Shown here: positions 1 to 8,409 of the stretch, piece after piece
Numbering within the stretch: the stretch's first letter is position 1
Layout of the letters: every line of letters starts with the position of its first letter
Origin: Minisyncoccota bacterium
GTDB taxonomy: Bacteria; Patescibacteriota; Minisyncoccia; Phycocordibacterales; UBA12088
Direction of reading: 5' to 3'
NCBI GenBank assembly: GCA_041920275.1
Contig: JAYRSE010000001.1
Coordinates: 2,004-66,003 of the forward strand
Length of the DNA: 64,000 nt
Notes under the pieces: generated by a model
Seen by the model: the letters and a program-made list of their open reading frames with translations, nothing else
What the model was told of the DNA's origin: nothing
Databases searched by the model: none
Made by a program: the position numbers and the translations under genes

Positions 1-393
1 CTTGGTTCAGGGGTGGTATTTCTTCTCGTTCGACGCTATGGCAGGACGCTGGTGCATCGGTATGTCGAACCCTCGACCCTCAAGCGGTTTGCCTACATGG
101 CACGAACCAAGGGCCCGGTCGCACTCTTTTTTGTCTACCTCGTACCCGGTCTTCCGGACGACGTGGTGAGCTTCATTGCCGGCCTGAGTAGCTTACCGAT
201 ACGCACACTTCTCGCCATTTCGTTCATAGGAAGACTGCCCGGATATTTCGCGCTCGCGTACGTTGGTGATAGTTTGGCACAGGGTAGAGAACCGACGGTT
301 ACGATCGGATTGTGTTGCGCGGTTACAGCCGTATTGGTGTTGGCCTATTACAACGCAGGACGCATTGAGCGCTACATACGGCGGTACGCATGA
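1..393 (+). CDS. TVP38/TMEM64 (VTT/DedA-like) membrane protein, 5'-truncated by window edge
   Basis: Motifs LVPGLPDDVVSFIAGLS and GRLPG typical of SNARE-associated/VTT proteins; hydrophobic. Confidence 0.8.
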   Translation, partial: LGSGVVFLLVRRYGRTLVHRYVEPSTLKRFAYMARTKGPVALFFVYLVPGLPDDVVSFIAGLSSLPIRTLLAISFIGRLPGYFALAYVGDSLAQGREPTVTIGLCCAVTAVLVLAYYNAGRIERYIRRYA

Positions 394-534
394 GCGATCG
401 CACCCGTGCGCAGTCGTGAGGACAAACATCATCCATAATTCGAGGGTGGAGTGGGTGATCGGGGTATTCGCGTCACTGTATGACGGTGAACGGTTGCCCG
501 AAACATAGACGCATCTAACGTCGATACCCTGCTC

Positions 535-1332
535 TCACTTTCTTCGAAATGCGAGGTAGGCGAGTGTGCAGAGGAATATGCCGATGCAGGCGGCTGCGGC
601 AAGTATGATGTGCGGATACTGCCCGTCGAAACCCGAAGGCGCGAGGTGTTTGTAGAGGATTCCCGCGTACGCCCACACGAGCACGGCTCCGTATGCCGAT
701 GAGCGATCTTGGAGCGTGCGCCACGTCCCGATGAGTGCGCCGATACAGAGTACGATGATCGTCCAGACGTCTTTTGCGAGTCCGAACCCGTTCCATTCAA
801 TACTGACGAGCAGTACGGTGATGTTCGCGATCGTGGCGACCGTGATCCAACCGAAATACACGCTGAAGGGGGTGCGAATGAGGAGCTCGTCGCGTTTCGA
901 AAATGTTTCTCCTCGCAGCATGTGCGCGATGTGGGTGAGGGTGGTGAGGAGGGTGAGCATGATGATCACCGAGAGTGCGATGTGTCCGTGGTGCCACGCG
1001 AAGATCCATGCGACGTTGGCGAGCGAGGTTACGACAAAATACCAACCGACCCGCGCAAGGAGTCGTTCGCGCGCTCGCGAGGATCCGCTCGCCCAGCACC
1101 CGAGTTGGCGCAGTGTGTGTATACCGAGCAGGAGGTAGATGAGGCCCCATATCGCAAAGGTCAATCCCGCCGGAGTGAAGAGGTTCGGGTACGCGTCGGA
1201 CGCTTGTCCGGTGGTGACGCCCCCGATGGGAAGTGCGTTCGCAAGATAGTTCACGAACACCGTGCCGAGGTACGCCACCACCAATATGGCTTTGCGGAGG
1301 TGCGAATGATATTCGGTGAGTAGGGTGTGCAT
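535..1332 (-). CDS. TspO/MBR-related tryptophan-rich membrane protein
   Basis: NYLANALPIGG..TPAGLTFAIWGLIY and FSVYFGWITVATIAN motifs; multiple TM segments. Confidence 0.75.
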   Translation of the reverse strand: MHTLLTEYHSHLRKAILVVAYLGTVFVNYLANALPIGGVTTGQASDAYPNLFTPAGLTFAIWGLIYLLLGIHTLRQLGCWASGSSRARERLLARVGWYFVVTSLANVAWIFAWHHGHIALSVIIMLTLLTTLTHIAHMLRGETFSKRDELLIRTPFSVYFGWITVATIANITVLLVSIEWNGFGLAKDVWTIIVLCIGALIGTWRTLQDRSSAYGAVLVWAYAGILYKHLAPSGFDGQYPHIILAAAACIGIFLCTLAYLAFRRK

Positions 1333-1485
1333 GGTGTGCGGTACGCGGAGTTGGAGCTTACAGACAGTATGACATACCTCTCAGTGGTGACACAACCGTG
1401 ATCCGGCTCATGCGCGTTGCGTCTCACATTTGCGAAGCGCTCGCACAACTCCATGTGAAAAGTTTTTGCGTGGTATACTGCATGG

Positions 1486-2184
1486 ATGCAAGAACTCACG
1501 TGTCCCGAGTGTCGTGTTGTGATGCGTCCGGTACGTGTTTCCGCTCATTACCATGGTCAGGCGATCCAAGTTGAACAATGCGCGTCGTGCGGTGGTCTGT
1601 GGTTTGACCGCTCAGAGCAGCACCGTGTCTCCGTAGAGCACATCGAGTCGCTTGATCCTTATGATGAGCGTGCGCTTCTGCGTCTACACACGGTTCGCGA
1701 TGGTGCGTGCCCCAAGGACGGTGCCGGGTTGCGGCGCTTTGTTGATGTTCAGTTTCCAAAGAATATTGTCATTGAGACCTGTGATGTGTGCGGGGGGTTG
1801 TGGTTCAATCGAGGTGAGTATTGCGCCTATCGGAGGTTTTTTGAACATTTCAAAAAACGTCAAGAGAGAAAGGATGCGGACCATGAGTCTCCGGTTCAGC
1901 ATCTGACGCGGGCATTTATGCATTTTCAACGTAACAAGGAGGTGCGAAATCGTAAACGACTCGTGATGCGCACACTTTCGGTCGAAACCATGAAATCGCT
2001 TCTCGTGTTCCTGTTTTCCGGTCCCGTGGGAGGATTGTCATTGGCCACACTGTACCTGGTGCCGCTCGCAGTGGTCTTGCAAGTTCTGTTGAGATCAGAG
2101 CACGGCTTCGGCATACAGGTCGATATGGAAGAATTCAAACGTCTCGTCAGTGAGTTGCAAGCGGAACAAAGAAAACGAGAGTAG
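1486..2184 (+). CDS. zf-TFIIB-like double zinc-ribbon protein with C-terminal hydrophobic segment
   Basis: Two repeats CP..(C/D)...CxxCGGLWF(D/N)RxE; TATACT at 1474-1479. Confidence 0.75.
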   Translation: MQELTCPECRVVMRPVRVSAHYHGQAIQVEQCASCGGLWFDRSEQHRVSVEHIESLDPYDERALLRLHTVRDGACPKDGAGLRRFVDVQFPKNIVIETCDVCGGLWFNRGEYCAYRRFFEHFKKRQERKDADHESPVQHLTRAFMHFQRNKEVRNRKRLVMRTLSVETMKSLLVFLFSGPVGGLSLATLYLVPLAVVLQVLLRSEHGFGIQVDMEEFKRLVSELQAEQRKRE

Positions 2185-2316
2185 TATCGGAAATGTGTAC
2201 TCGTGTGATCGATGAAGACGTGGAGTAATTTTGCGAAGCCCGATCTGAAACCTCACAGTGAGATTTGGTCGGTTTTTAAATTTAGTGTTGTGCGTGTCGG
2301 TACTCGGCACAACTCA

Positions 2317-2340
2317 AACCCCCGCGGTTTGCGGGGGGTA
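2317..2340. terminator. GC-rich hairpin, probable terminator between convergent genes
   Basis: CCCCCGC-GGTTT-GCGGGGG. Confidence 0.5.
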
Positions 2341-2395
2341 TCGAGTGGCGTGAGAGGTGAGATCGTTTGGTCGTGAAGGTGAGCGGATCGCACGC

Positions 2396-2602
2396 TTATC
2401 CTCGACCTCCACGCCAACGTTTACCTCCTCTGTGGGGGTGGATTTGGGATCCGTCGCAGGGTGTACGCGCACGATCATCTCTTGTGCGGTCACCGGTCTT
2501 GGAGTTGCGGCGCAATAGCATAAAGATAAGAACGAGTATGACAGCACCCGTGATCAAAAGTATGGGCGGTATGTTTTCGATCGTCTCGAAGATGGAATTC
2601 AT
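2396..2602 (-). CDS. small single-TM hypothetical protein (68 aa)
   Basis: AAGGAG SD before ATG at 2602; hydrophobic stretch ILLITGAVILVLIFMLL followed by basic tail. Confidence 0.5.
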   Translation of the reverse strand: MNSIFETIENIPPILLITGAVILVLIFMLLRRNSKTGDRTRDDRARTPCDGSQIHPHRGGKRWRGGRG

Positions 2603-2690
2603 TGCCGTGCTCCTTACAAGGTGTGAGTGATCTCCGGTCGCTATCATACGTGTGCGCTCAAGGTGGCGCAAGTGGTGCGGGGTAAGGTAC

Positions 2691-2709
2691 AACCGCCCGA
2701 GGGCGGTTG
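2691..2709. terminator. hairpin downstream of 2717-3208 gene
   Basis: AACCGCC-CGAG-GGCGGTT. Confidence 0.5.
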
Positions 2710-2716
2710 TGATCTG

Positions 2717-3208
2717 CTACGCGCGTAGGTACTCCTGTGGCGCGGACGCGTTTGGGCGTGCAAACGATAGTGCGATGAGGTACGTTGCCACAAAGAGCAC
2801 GCCGAGTGTCATCTGGAACATGATCACAACGAAGAATAGTGCCCAGAACACGACACGAAACTGTCGGTGCGCATTACCCAATGCAGTGCTGATGTTGGAG
2901 ACACCGCGAATGTACTCGAAGTATGGGTCAAGAAACACGCGCCGATGTGCGTAGAGTATCAGTGGAACGGGGATATACACCGCAAAGGCGAGGGTGAAAG
3001 CGAACATATCGTCTCGGGCAACTCTTCCCAATGATACCGCATCGAAGAAAAGGTGTATCGCGAAATACATCCAGATCGCGAAAGCGCCCAAGATGACCGA
3101 TGTGCGTGCGAGGGCGTACCGGTCCCATCCAAAATATGCTTGCGTATAGTCTGCCAGTCTACCCAAGATGTCGCAAAACCGGTGATCGAGATCGTACTTG
3201 CTGTACAT
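2717..3208 (-). CDS. hypothetical membrane protein
   Basis: GAGGTG SD before ATG at 3208; about 4 TM segments; ORF-track start at 3328 less supported. Confidence 0.6.
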   Translation of the reverse strand: MYSKYDLDHRFCDILGRLADYTQAYFGWDRYALARTSVILGAFAIWMYFAIHLFFDAVSLGRVARDDMFAFTLAFAVYIPVPLILYAHRRVFLDPYFEYIRGVSNISTALGNAHRQFRVVFWALFFVVIMFQMTLGVLFVATYLIALSFARPNASAPQEYLRA

Positions 3209-3454
3209 GGTGAACACCTCTGTTTTTGGATCTGTCGCAACAATACGCGCAATGTATGCCGAGCACAATGCCTCTGGCCGCATGCCGGTCGTGTTGCCGT
3301 ATGCTGCTTTTCCGGAACTTTTGATCATGTGACACGGATCTCGCAGTATTTTTCCTTCGGAAGATCTGTGTACCTATGACGAATTTGGTGCGCAGGTGTG
3401 CAGCACTTGCAGTCCTCAGTTGTGGATTATGTAGTGCGGCGGTATGATGTTTGT

Positions 3455-3748
3455 ATGGATAAAGACCTGGAGGAACGACTGAGCTCGCTCGAGGATACGC
3501 TCGAGATGGTGCTCGAACGGCAAAAAGAGACCACCGACCTCATGCAGGGGTATCTGGAGAACATGACGGAGCTCGTGCGGGGTTTGCAGGGGCAGGTGGG
3601 TGATGTGGTAGACGAGGAGCATGACGAGGAGCCGGAGTATGTTTCCGTGATCACGGAAAAGCTGGACGAGTTGTCGGAAAAGTTCGATGACCTCGACCGA
3701 GCCAGGGGTGAGGCGTCGGAACCAGCGCCCGGGCGTACGGATGCGTAA
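3455..3748 (+). CDS. acidic coiled-coil hypothetical protein
   Basis: D/E-rich heptad pattern; TATGAT 6 nt before ATG 3455. Confidence 0.65.
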   Translation: MDKDLEERLSSLEDTLEMVLERQKETTDLMQGYLENMTELVRGLQGQVGDVVDEEHDEEPEYVSVITEKLDELSEKFDDLDRARGEASEPAPGRTDA

Positions 3749-3791
3749 GTGCGCGTTCGGTATGGCAGTATCCACCGTCTTTCATTAGCGC

Positions 3792-4742
3792 ATGTTTCCG
3801 GCCTATCTTTCTTTGTCACTCTTCGCACTCTTCGCGTTCACCACGCAAGCGCTTGTGCCCCTGTGGGAGCGAGTGGGGAAAGATGAATCCGCCGTCACAG
3901 AACTTCCTCCCATTACGCTCACTTTTGTCGGCGACATGATGTTCGATCGGTACGTGCGCGAAAAGGCGGAGGTGAACGGCTATGATGTCATCCTTGAGAA
4001 GACGGCGCCGCTCTTTGCATCGAGCACTTACGTGTTCGGCAATCTTGAGGGACCGATCACCACCTTCGCGCCCGTCGCGGACTATCGCGACAGCGGGCCG
4101 GACCATTTCCGCTTTACGTTCGCCACGAAGACCGCGCGCGTGCTTCGCGAGCACCGATTCAGCGCCGTTACCCTCAACAACAACCATATCACCAACTTTG
4201 GGACGGAAGGAGTGGTGCAGACCAAGGAGTGGCTCGCGCATGCCGGTGTGGGCCACGTTGGTGCACCGGATGATCTGTACACTCCCTGGCGAACGGCGAC
4301 CAGCGGCATTGAGATCGCTGTCTATTCGTACAGTCCATGGCACACAAAAGACTTTGAGCGCATGCGTATGAGCATCGGAGCCGAAGCAACATCGACGCTC
4401 GTCGTGGTGCTTACGCATTGGGGTGAAGAGTACGAGACGGTACCGAATGCAGCACAGGTTGCGCGTGGGCGTTCATTCGTCGATGCGGGAGCGGACCTTG
4501 TGATCGGCTCGCATCCGCATGTGATCCAGCGCAAAGAAGTATACAAAGGGGTGCCGATCTATTACTCGCTCGGCAACTTCGTGTTCGATCAGTATTTCTC
4601 GAGCGAGGTGCAATGCGGCGCGGTCGTTTCGTACACCCGTTTTCCCGACGGTGGTGCGACCACGAGTGAAGCGTTCATCGAACTGCGTAAAGACGGCACC
4701 ACCGCCACCTCGTCATGTGCTTCGAGCGTTTTGGTGTTGTGA
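3792..4742 (+). CDS. CapA/PGA_cap family metallophosphatase-like protein
   Basis: GDMMFDR, GNLEGP, NNNH, HWGEEY, GSHPHV, YSLGNFVFDQ motifs. Confidence 0.9.
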   Translation: MFPAYLSLSLFALFAFTTQALVPLWERVGKDESAVTELPPITLTFVGDMMFDRYVREKAEVNGYDVILEKTAPLFASSTYVFGNLEGPITTFAPVADYRDSGPDHFRFTFATKTARVLREHRFSAVTLNNNHITNFGTEGVVQTKEWLAHAGVGHVGAPDDLYTPWRTATSGIEIAVYSYSPWHTKDFERMRMSIGAEATSTLVVVLTHWGEEYETVPNAAQVARGRSFVDAGADLVIGSHPHVIQRKEVYKGVPIYYSLGNFVFDQYFSSEVQCGAVVSYTRFPDGGATTSEAFIELRKDGTTATSSCASSVLVL

Positions 4743-4831
4743 CCAACGCAGGATGGAACACATCGTGTAGTGATGAAAACCGCATCATACGGTACTCGTG
4801 TTTCGGCCGTACCGGTAAAGAGTAAGAAATA

Positions 4832-4962
4832 ATACCCTATGAAATCACCATGAACTCCGCCTGTACACCTTATGAGAAACCGCTCCAAGGGAGCTTGCCC
4901 GGTCTTAGTTTCTCAAAAGGTGTACAGACTCCGTGTCCCGGTGGTTAGTTGAAGATGGTATA
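4832..4962. repeat. palindromic MITE/ERIC-like element, copy A
   Basis: Stem CTGTACACC..TGAGAAAC / GTTTCTCA..GGTGTACAG around core CGCTCCAAGGGAGCTTGCCCGGTCTTA; right end GGTTAGTTGAAGATGGTAT; near-identical to 21631-21742. Confidence 0.8.
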
Positions 4963-5040
4963 AATAATGCTGGTTGTGGTGGGCTTGTTTTGTGTTTCGG
5001 AGTGCTGGGCGGGGTATTGCGTGGGTGCTATACTGGTTCA

Positions 5041-5424
5041 ATGCAGCATCAAGAACATTGGCGACGGTTGCTGCTCCGCACCGAGGAAACGGCACGCCGC
5101 TACGAGGAGGCCTGTGCACAGCAGAAGGCCGACGGTGGGTGTCGTTTATGCAACGATCCCGAGTCGATCGAGGAGTACGCGCATTGGCGTCTCATGCCGA
5201 ACAAGTTCCCGTACGATCGTCTCTTCGCGAAAAGCGACATGCTGGTGACTCGGCGTCATACCGATGAGTACGATCTTTCGGACGAGGAGCGTTCGGAGCT
5301 GCTTTCGCTCAAGGTGGGAGTGCTTGCCGACCGGTACGACTCACTGCTTGATCATTTGCCACGTCAAAAATCCATTCCGCACCACTACCACGTGCATCTT
5401 GTCTCGTTCAAACGACCGCTCTAA
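5041..5424 (+). CDS. HIT-family protein
   Basis: CRLC, NKFPYD and C-terminal HYHVH histidine triad; TGcTATACT 6 nt before ATG 5041. Confidence 0.7.
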   Translation: MQHQEHWRRLLLRTEETARRYEEACAQQKADGGCRLCNDPESIEEYAHWRLMPNKFPYDRLFAKSDMLVTRRHTDEYDLSDEERSELLSLKVGVLADRYDSLLDHLPRQKSIPHHYHVHLVSFKRPL

Positions 5425-5612
5425 AATCGACCACCGCGTCAGTGCAGGTGATCCGAGTGGGGAGTGAACGGGTGCGGTGCGAATGTGGCGGGAACGGGTC
5501 GGCGCATCGTCCAACCAAGGTCTTGTCGTGCACAATGACCCGCAACGGCAGACGAGGGATTGCCTCAATGGGCCTGTGCGCCAGGAATCAAGGCGAAAAA
5601 ACGGTAAAAAAC

Positions 5613-5641
5613 TTGCATTGACAACAAACATGTGGTATAAT
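5613..5641 (+). promoter_or_regulatory. sigma70 promoter for lipoprotein pair
   Basis: TTGCAT-17 nt-TATAAT with extended TG; A-tracts upstream. Confidence 0.65.
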
Positions 5642-5672
5642 ATAAAAAGGTAAACGAACTGGAGTAGTAATT

Positions 5673-5912
5673 ATGAAGTTTTTCGCACTCGCGACCGTGC
5701 TCATGCTGGCAGGTTGTCAGCATGTGCAGTACGTACCGTACGTTCCGCCCAATTCGCAGGCTGATTCGGCGCGGTACGTGAACGAGACGCTTCGGCCGGG
5801 ACTTTTCCCATGGCTTGAGCACTGTCGGCGTTCGGCGTCAGCGACCGCCTACTCGACCGAGTCGAGAAGTGGTCATCAGTATCAGGCAAATCAGGTCTGT
5901 AAGGACCGTTAG
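5673..5912 (+). CDS. small putative lipoprotein
   Basis: MKFFALATVLMLAGC lipobox; GGAG SD. Confidence 0.6.
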   Translation: MKFFALATVLMLAGCQHVQYVPYVPPNSQADSARYVNETLRPGLFPWLEHCRRSASATAYSTESRSGHQYQANQVCKDR

Positions 5913-5921
5913 GAGGTTCAG

Positions 5922-6455
5922 GTGAGAGCAATTATTCTTATCATCGTCTCGTTGCTTTTCGTGGGGTGCACCGGCATGGCGCCGAGGACCCCGCAGGAAG
6001 TGGCTGCCATGTGTCCCCCCGGTTCGCAAGCGGTAGCAGAAGCGGTCGCCGGCGAACGGGGACCATCGAACAAAAAGGCGATGCGAGTCGCTTGCGTGAG
6101 ACCGGACGGGACCTATGTTGCCGCACGAGAAGCGGCGGTGAACGGGCCCAGAGGGTATCAGGCCAAGCGGGAAGAGGTGACGAACTTCGAACGCAAGAAC
6201 ACGTCCGTTGCGATAGAAAATAGGGCGCGGGGTGTTCATGCGGAAGCCGGATACTCCTACCGGAACCCGTTTTTTGGCCTGCGCGTGCAGGCTGGTACGG
6301 GTGGCGATCGTTACCCGTACGGGGGGTACCGCTCATTTCAGGACCGGAGAGGGATGTGCTATGTAGCACATAAGAACGGCCTCTCGGGGTGGTACCACAA
6401 GTCATCGGTGTCGCGCTCCGTCACAGAGAGTGCAAGGAGTGTGCGATGTTATTGA
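5922..6455 (+). CDS. putative lipoprotein
   Basis: IILIIVSLLFVGC lipobox; AGGAGG SD before GTG; followed by terminator. Confidence 0.6.
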   Translation: MRAIILIIVSLLFVGCTGMAPRTPQEVAAMCPPGSQAVAEAVAGERGPSNKKAMRVACVRPDGTYVAAREAAVNGPRGYQAKREEVTNFERKNTSVAIENRARGVHAEAGYSYRNPFFGLRVQAGTGGDRYPYGGYRSFQDRRGMCYVAHKNGLSGWYHKSSVSRSVTESARSVRCY

Positions 6456-6457
6456 GC

Positions 6458-6489
6458 AAGCTCGACCATGGAGGGTCGGGCTTTTTCTT
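6458..6489 (+). terminator. Rho-independent terminator
   Basis: AAGCTCGACC-ATGGAG-GGTCGGGCTT followed by T-run. Confidence 0.7.
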
Positions 6490-6499
6490 GTTCGGCATG

Positions 6500-6750
6500 G
6501 AGAGGACTCGGTCACGACTCACTAAGTATTTTGCTTCGTTCCTCGCAAAATTCCAAGTGGTCTCGAAGTTTTGCACTTGTTTTTGTAACTCGTTCCTCGT
6601 AACAAAAACTACGCCCGGCTCGGCTGTGCCTGCGGCACATGCCTCCGCCTTTCTCGTCCTCACGCGAGCAAAGCAGTTTGCTCGCTTCGTGCCCACTTGA
6701 ACAAAAACGGCCGCCTTGCGAGGCGGACACGTTTTTGTATTCAAGTGGAC
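6500..6750. repeat. multi-hairpin tRNA-Ala-related element, left (degenerate) copy
   Basis: GAGAGGACTCG 6500-6510 matches the tRNA T-arm; CGGCTCG 6616, CTCCGCC 6643, degenerate inverted TTCTCGTCCTCACG 6651-6664, terminal hairpin ending GTGGAC 6745-6750; same order as 12628-12810. Confidence 0.65.
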
Positions 6751-6909
6751 TTTGACTTTGCTTTTATAAACCCCTTGATTGATGAGTTGGAGTATTTGGC
6801 GGAGGTTTTGAATGGGATGTATGGGAAAGCGACAGAAAATAAGAAATGAAAATGCCCGCCCTGTGGTGAAAGGCGGGTACAAAGCACAAGTGCATTTTCG
6901 CACATACAG

Positions 6910-7531
6910 TCATCGAAACAGTGGCGCACGTCCTGTGTTCTCAAGACTCACTTCGTTGCCGATCATTTTTCGTTTAGCAAATGTGTATATGGTCGGCGGG
7001 AATATGTCAAGCAGGTTGCCCTGTATACCACGAAAGCGAGACTGTATTCTTTCAGCGACCTCTTCAAAGGTGTGTTGTGGGTACAGTGCAACAAACACCT
7101 TCACCATGCGTGCGATAAGGTAGTCACCAATAAAGTGGTCAAAGACCAAACTATATTGTTCTTCTTTGGTTGAGTAGTGTTCGCGTCGAGGAAGTTGGTG
7201 ATGCGGTGATGTGTCCATCCGTGCGCCTAAAAGGTGAGGGTATATCGGGGTGCCACATAAACAGTGCGCCACCACCACCAAATATCGCTTCTCGCACTTC
7301 TGGTGAAGGCATATCCTCAAAAACCGTTACCTCATCGCGGTCTACTCGAACGAAAGGCACTCCAAATTCACGCATACCACATTCTGGCGAGTATCGCGGG
7401 TCAACGTCGGAAAAGTGAGTAAAGTCACCCTTCGCATCGTTAACGTATCGTTCGAGATACAGGAAACCTGCTTCCCGAATATGTGTATTGGAAACACCGA
7501 CAAGAAGTTGATCGAGTCGCATTGCGTACAC
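6910..7531 (-). pseudogene. disrupted gene, IucA/IucC-like remnant (two overlapping frames)
   Basis: ORF 7151-7531 ends after HP...PTSSTRTL; a different frame continues KEEQYSLVFDHFIGDYL... to 6910. Confidence 0.45.
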
Positions 7532-7578
7532 TCATTGTTGAGTTGAAAAGAACCACCGCTAGAGGATACTAGCGGTGA

Positions 7579-8343
7579 TTATACCGTACCATGAACGTGT
7601 AAGAAGTCAAACACTGCATCTGCAAATGCCTTGTGCGCTTCGGCTGACTCTACTCCATATAGTGTTCGAAAATCGTGGTTTGCACCCAAAACAACACGAG
7701 ACGATGTGTTTGCATGTGTGGCGTGCTCAAGAATCTTAAACGAGGATTCCTTCGGGACGATGGTGTCTTTTTCCCCGTAGAGTAAGAACATGTCGCCGGT
7801 GAATTGCTGTGCGACGGAAAGCAATGTGCTCTGTTCGGGCATTGTTGAGACAATAGGCTTGCTCGAGTTTCCCCTGCTCGAAGGTGGCGCACACAGAGAA
7901 AGTTTTTTTATGTTTGGGTATTTCGAAGTCAACATAAGTGCGAGCGTGCCACCAATCGAGGTGCCGTGCACATACAGTGTGACCTTCGCACTGTCACATC
8001 CAAACAACTCTTCCGCATGTTCCGTCACATATGACGCAACCATCCGCAGGTCATCAAGTTCGTCGCTAAATGACTTGTCACCGAACGCCCTTTTGCGGTC
8101 TTCAAAATTGCTGTCTGCCGAAAACGTGAAGTCTCGTGAGGAGTTATAAAACACCACATGACTCACGTTATGTTCAATCAACATGTCACCAAGTACGTTC
8201 ACTGCACACGCATGTGAAGGGTCAAAAACACCGAACAACCCCTTGCAGATAATGGTGACTACCGGTGTCGGTTGAGTGGGTGCGTATAAATACACATCCA
8301 CTGGTTTGTCGTGGTAACTTCCATGAAGTTGCACATGTTTCAT
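7579..8343 (-). CDS. alpha/beta hydrolase
   Basis: GTSIGG nucleophile elbow, GEKDTIVP, GANHDF. Confidence 0.8.
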   Translation of the reverse strand: MKHVQLHGSYHDKPVDVYLYAPTQPTPVVTIICKGLFGVFDPSHACAVNVLGDMLIEHNVSHVVFYNSSRDFTFSADSNFEDRKRAFGDKSFSDELDDLRMVASYVTEHAEELFGCDSAKVTLYVHGTSIGGTLALMLTSKYPNIKKLSLCAPPSSRGNSSKPIVSTMPEQSTLLSVAQQFTGDMFLLYGEKDTIVPKESSFKILEHATHANTSSRVVLGANHDFRTLYGVESAEAHKAFADAVFDFLHVHGTV

Positions 8344-8409
8344 TGTCTTTTTCTCCAAAGTCATCTGAATTGCAGAGTATAGAATTTGAATAATGAGTCA
8401 AGGATGTGC

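Noticed and set aside
4852-4940. Known riboswitch or ribozyme identity (guanidine, twister, SRP) for the palindromic repeat
   Set aside because: Only fragmentary resemblance by eye; inconsistent position relative to genes; TIR-like ends favour a MITE. Needs an Rfam search.
6421-6903. 160 aa minus-strand ORF across the hairpin cluster
   Set aside because: Runs through dense inverted repeats and a terminator; no motifs.
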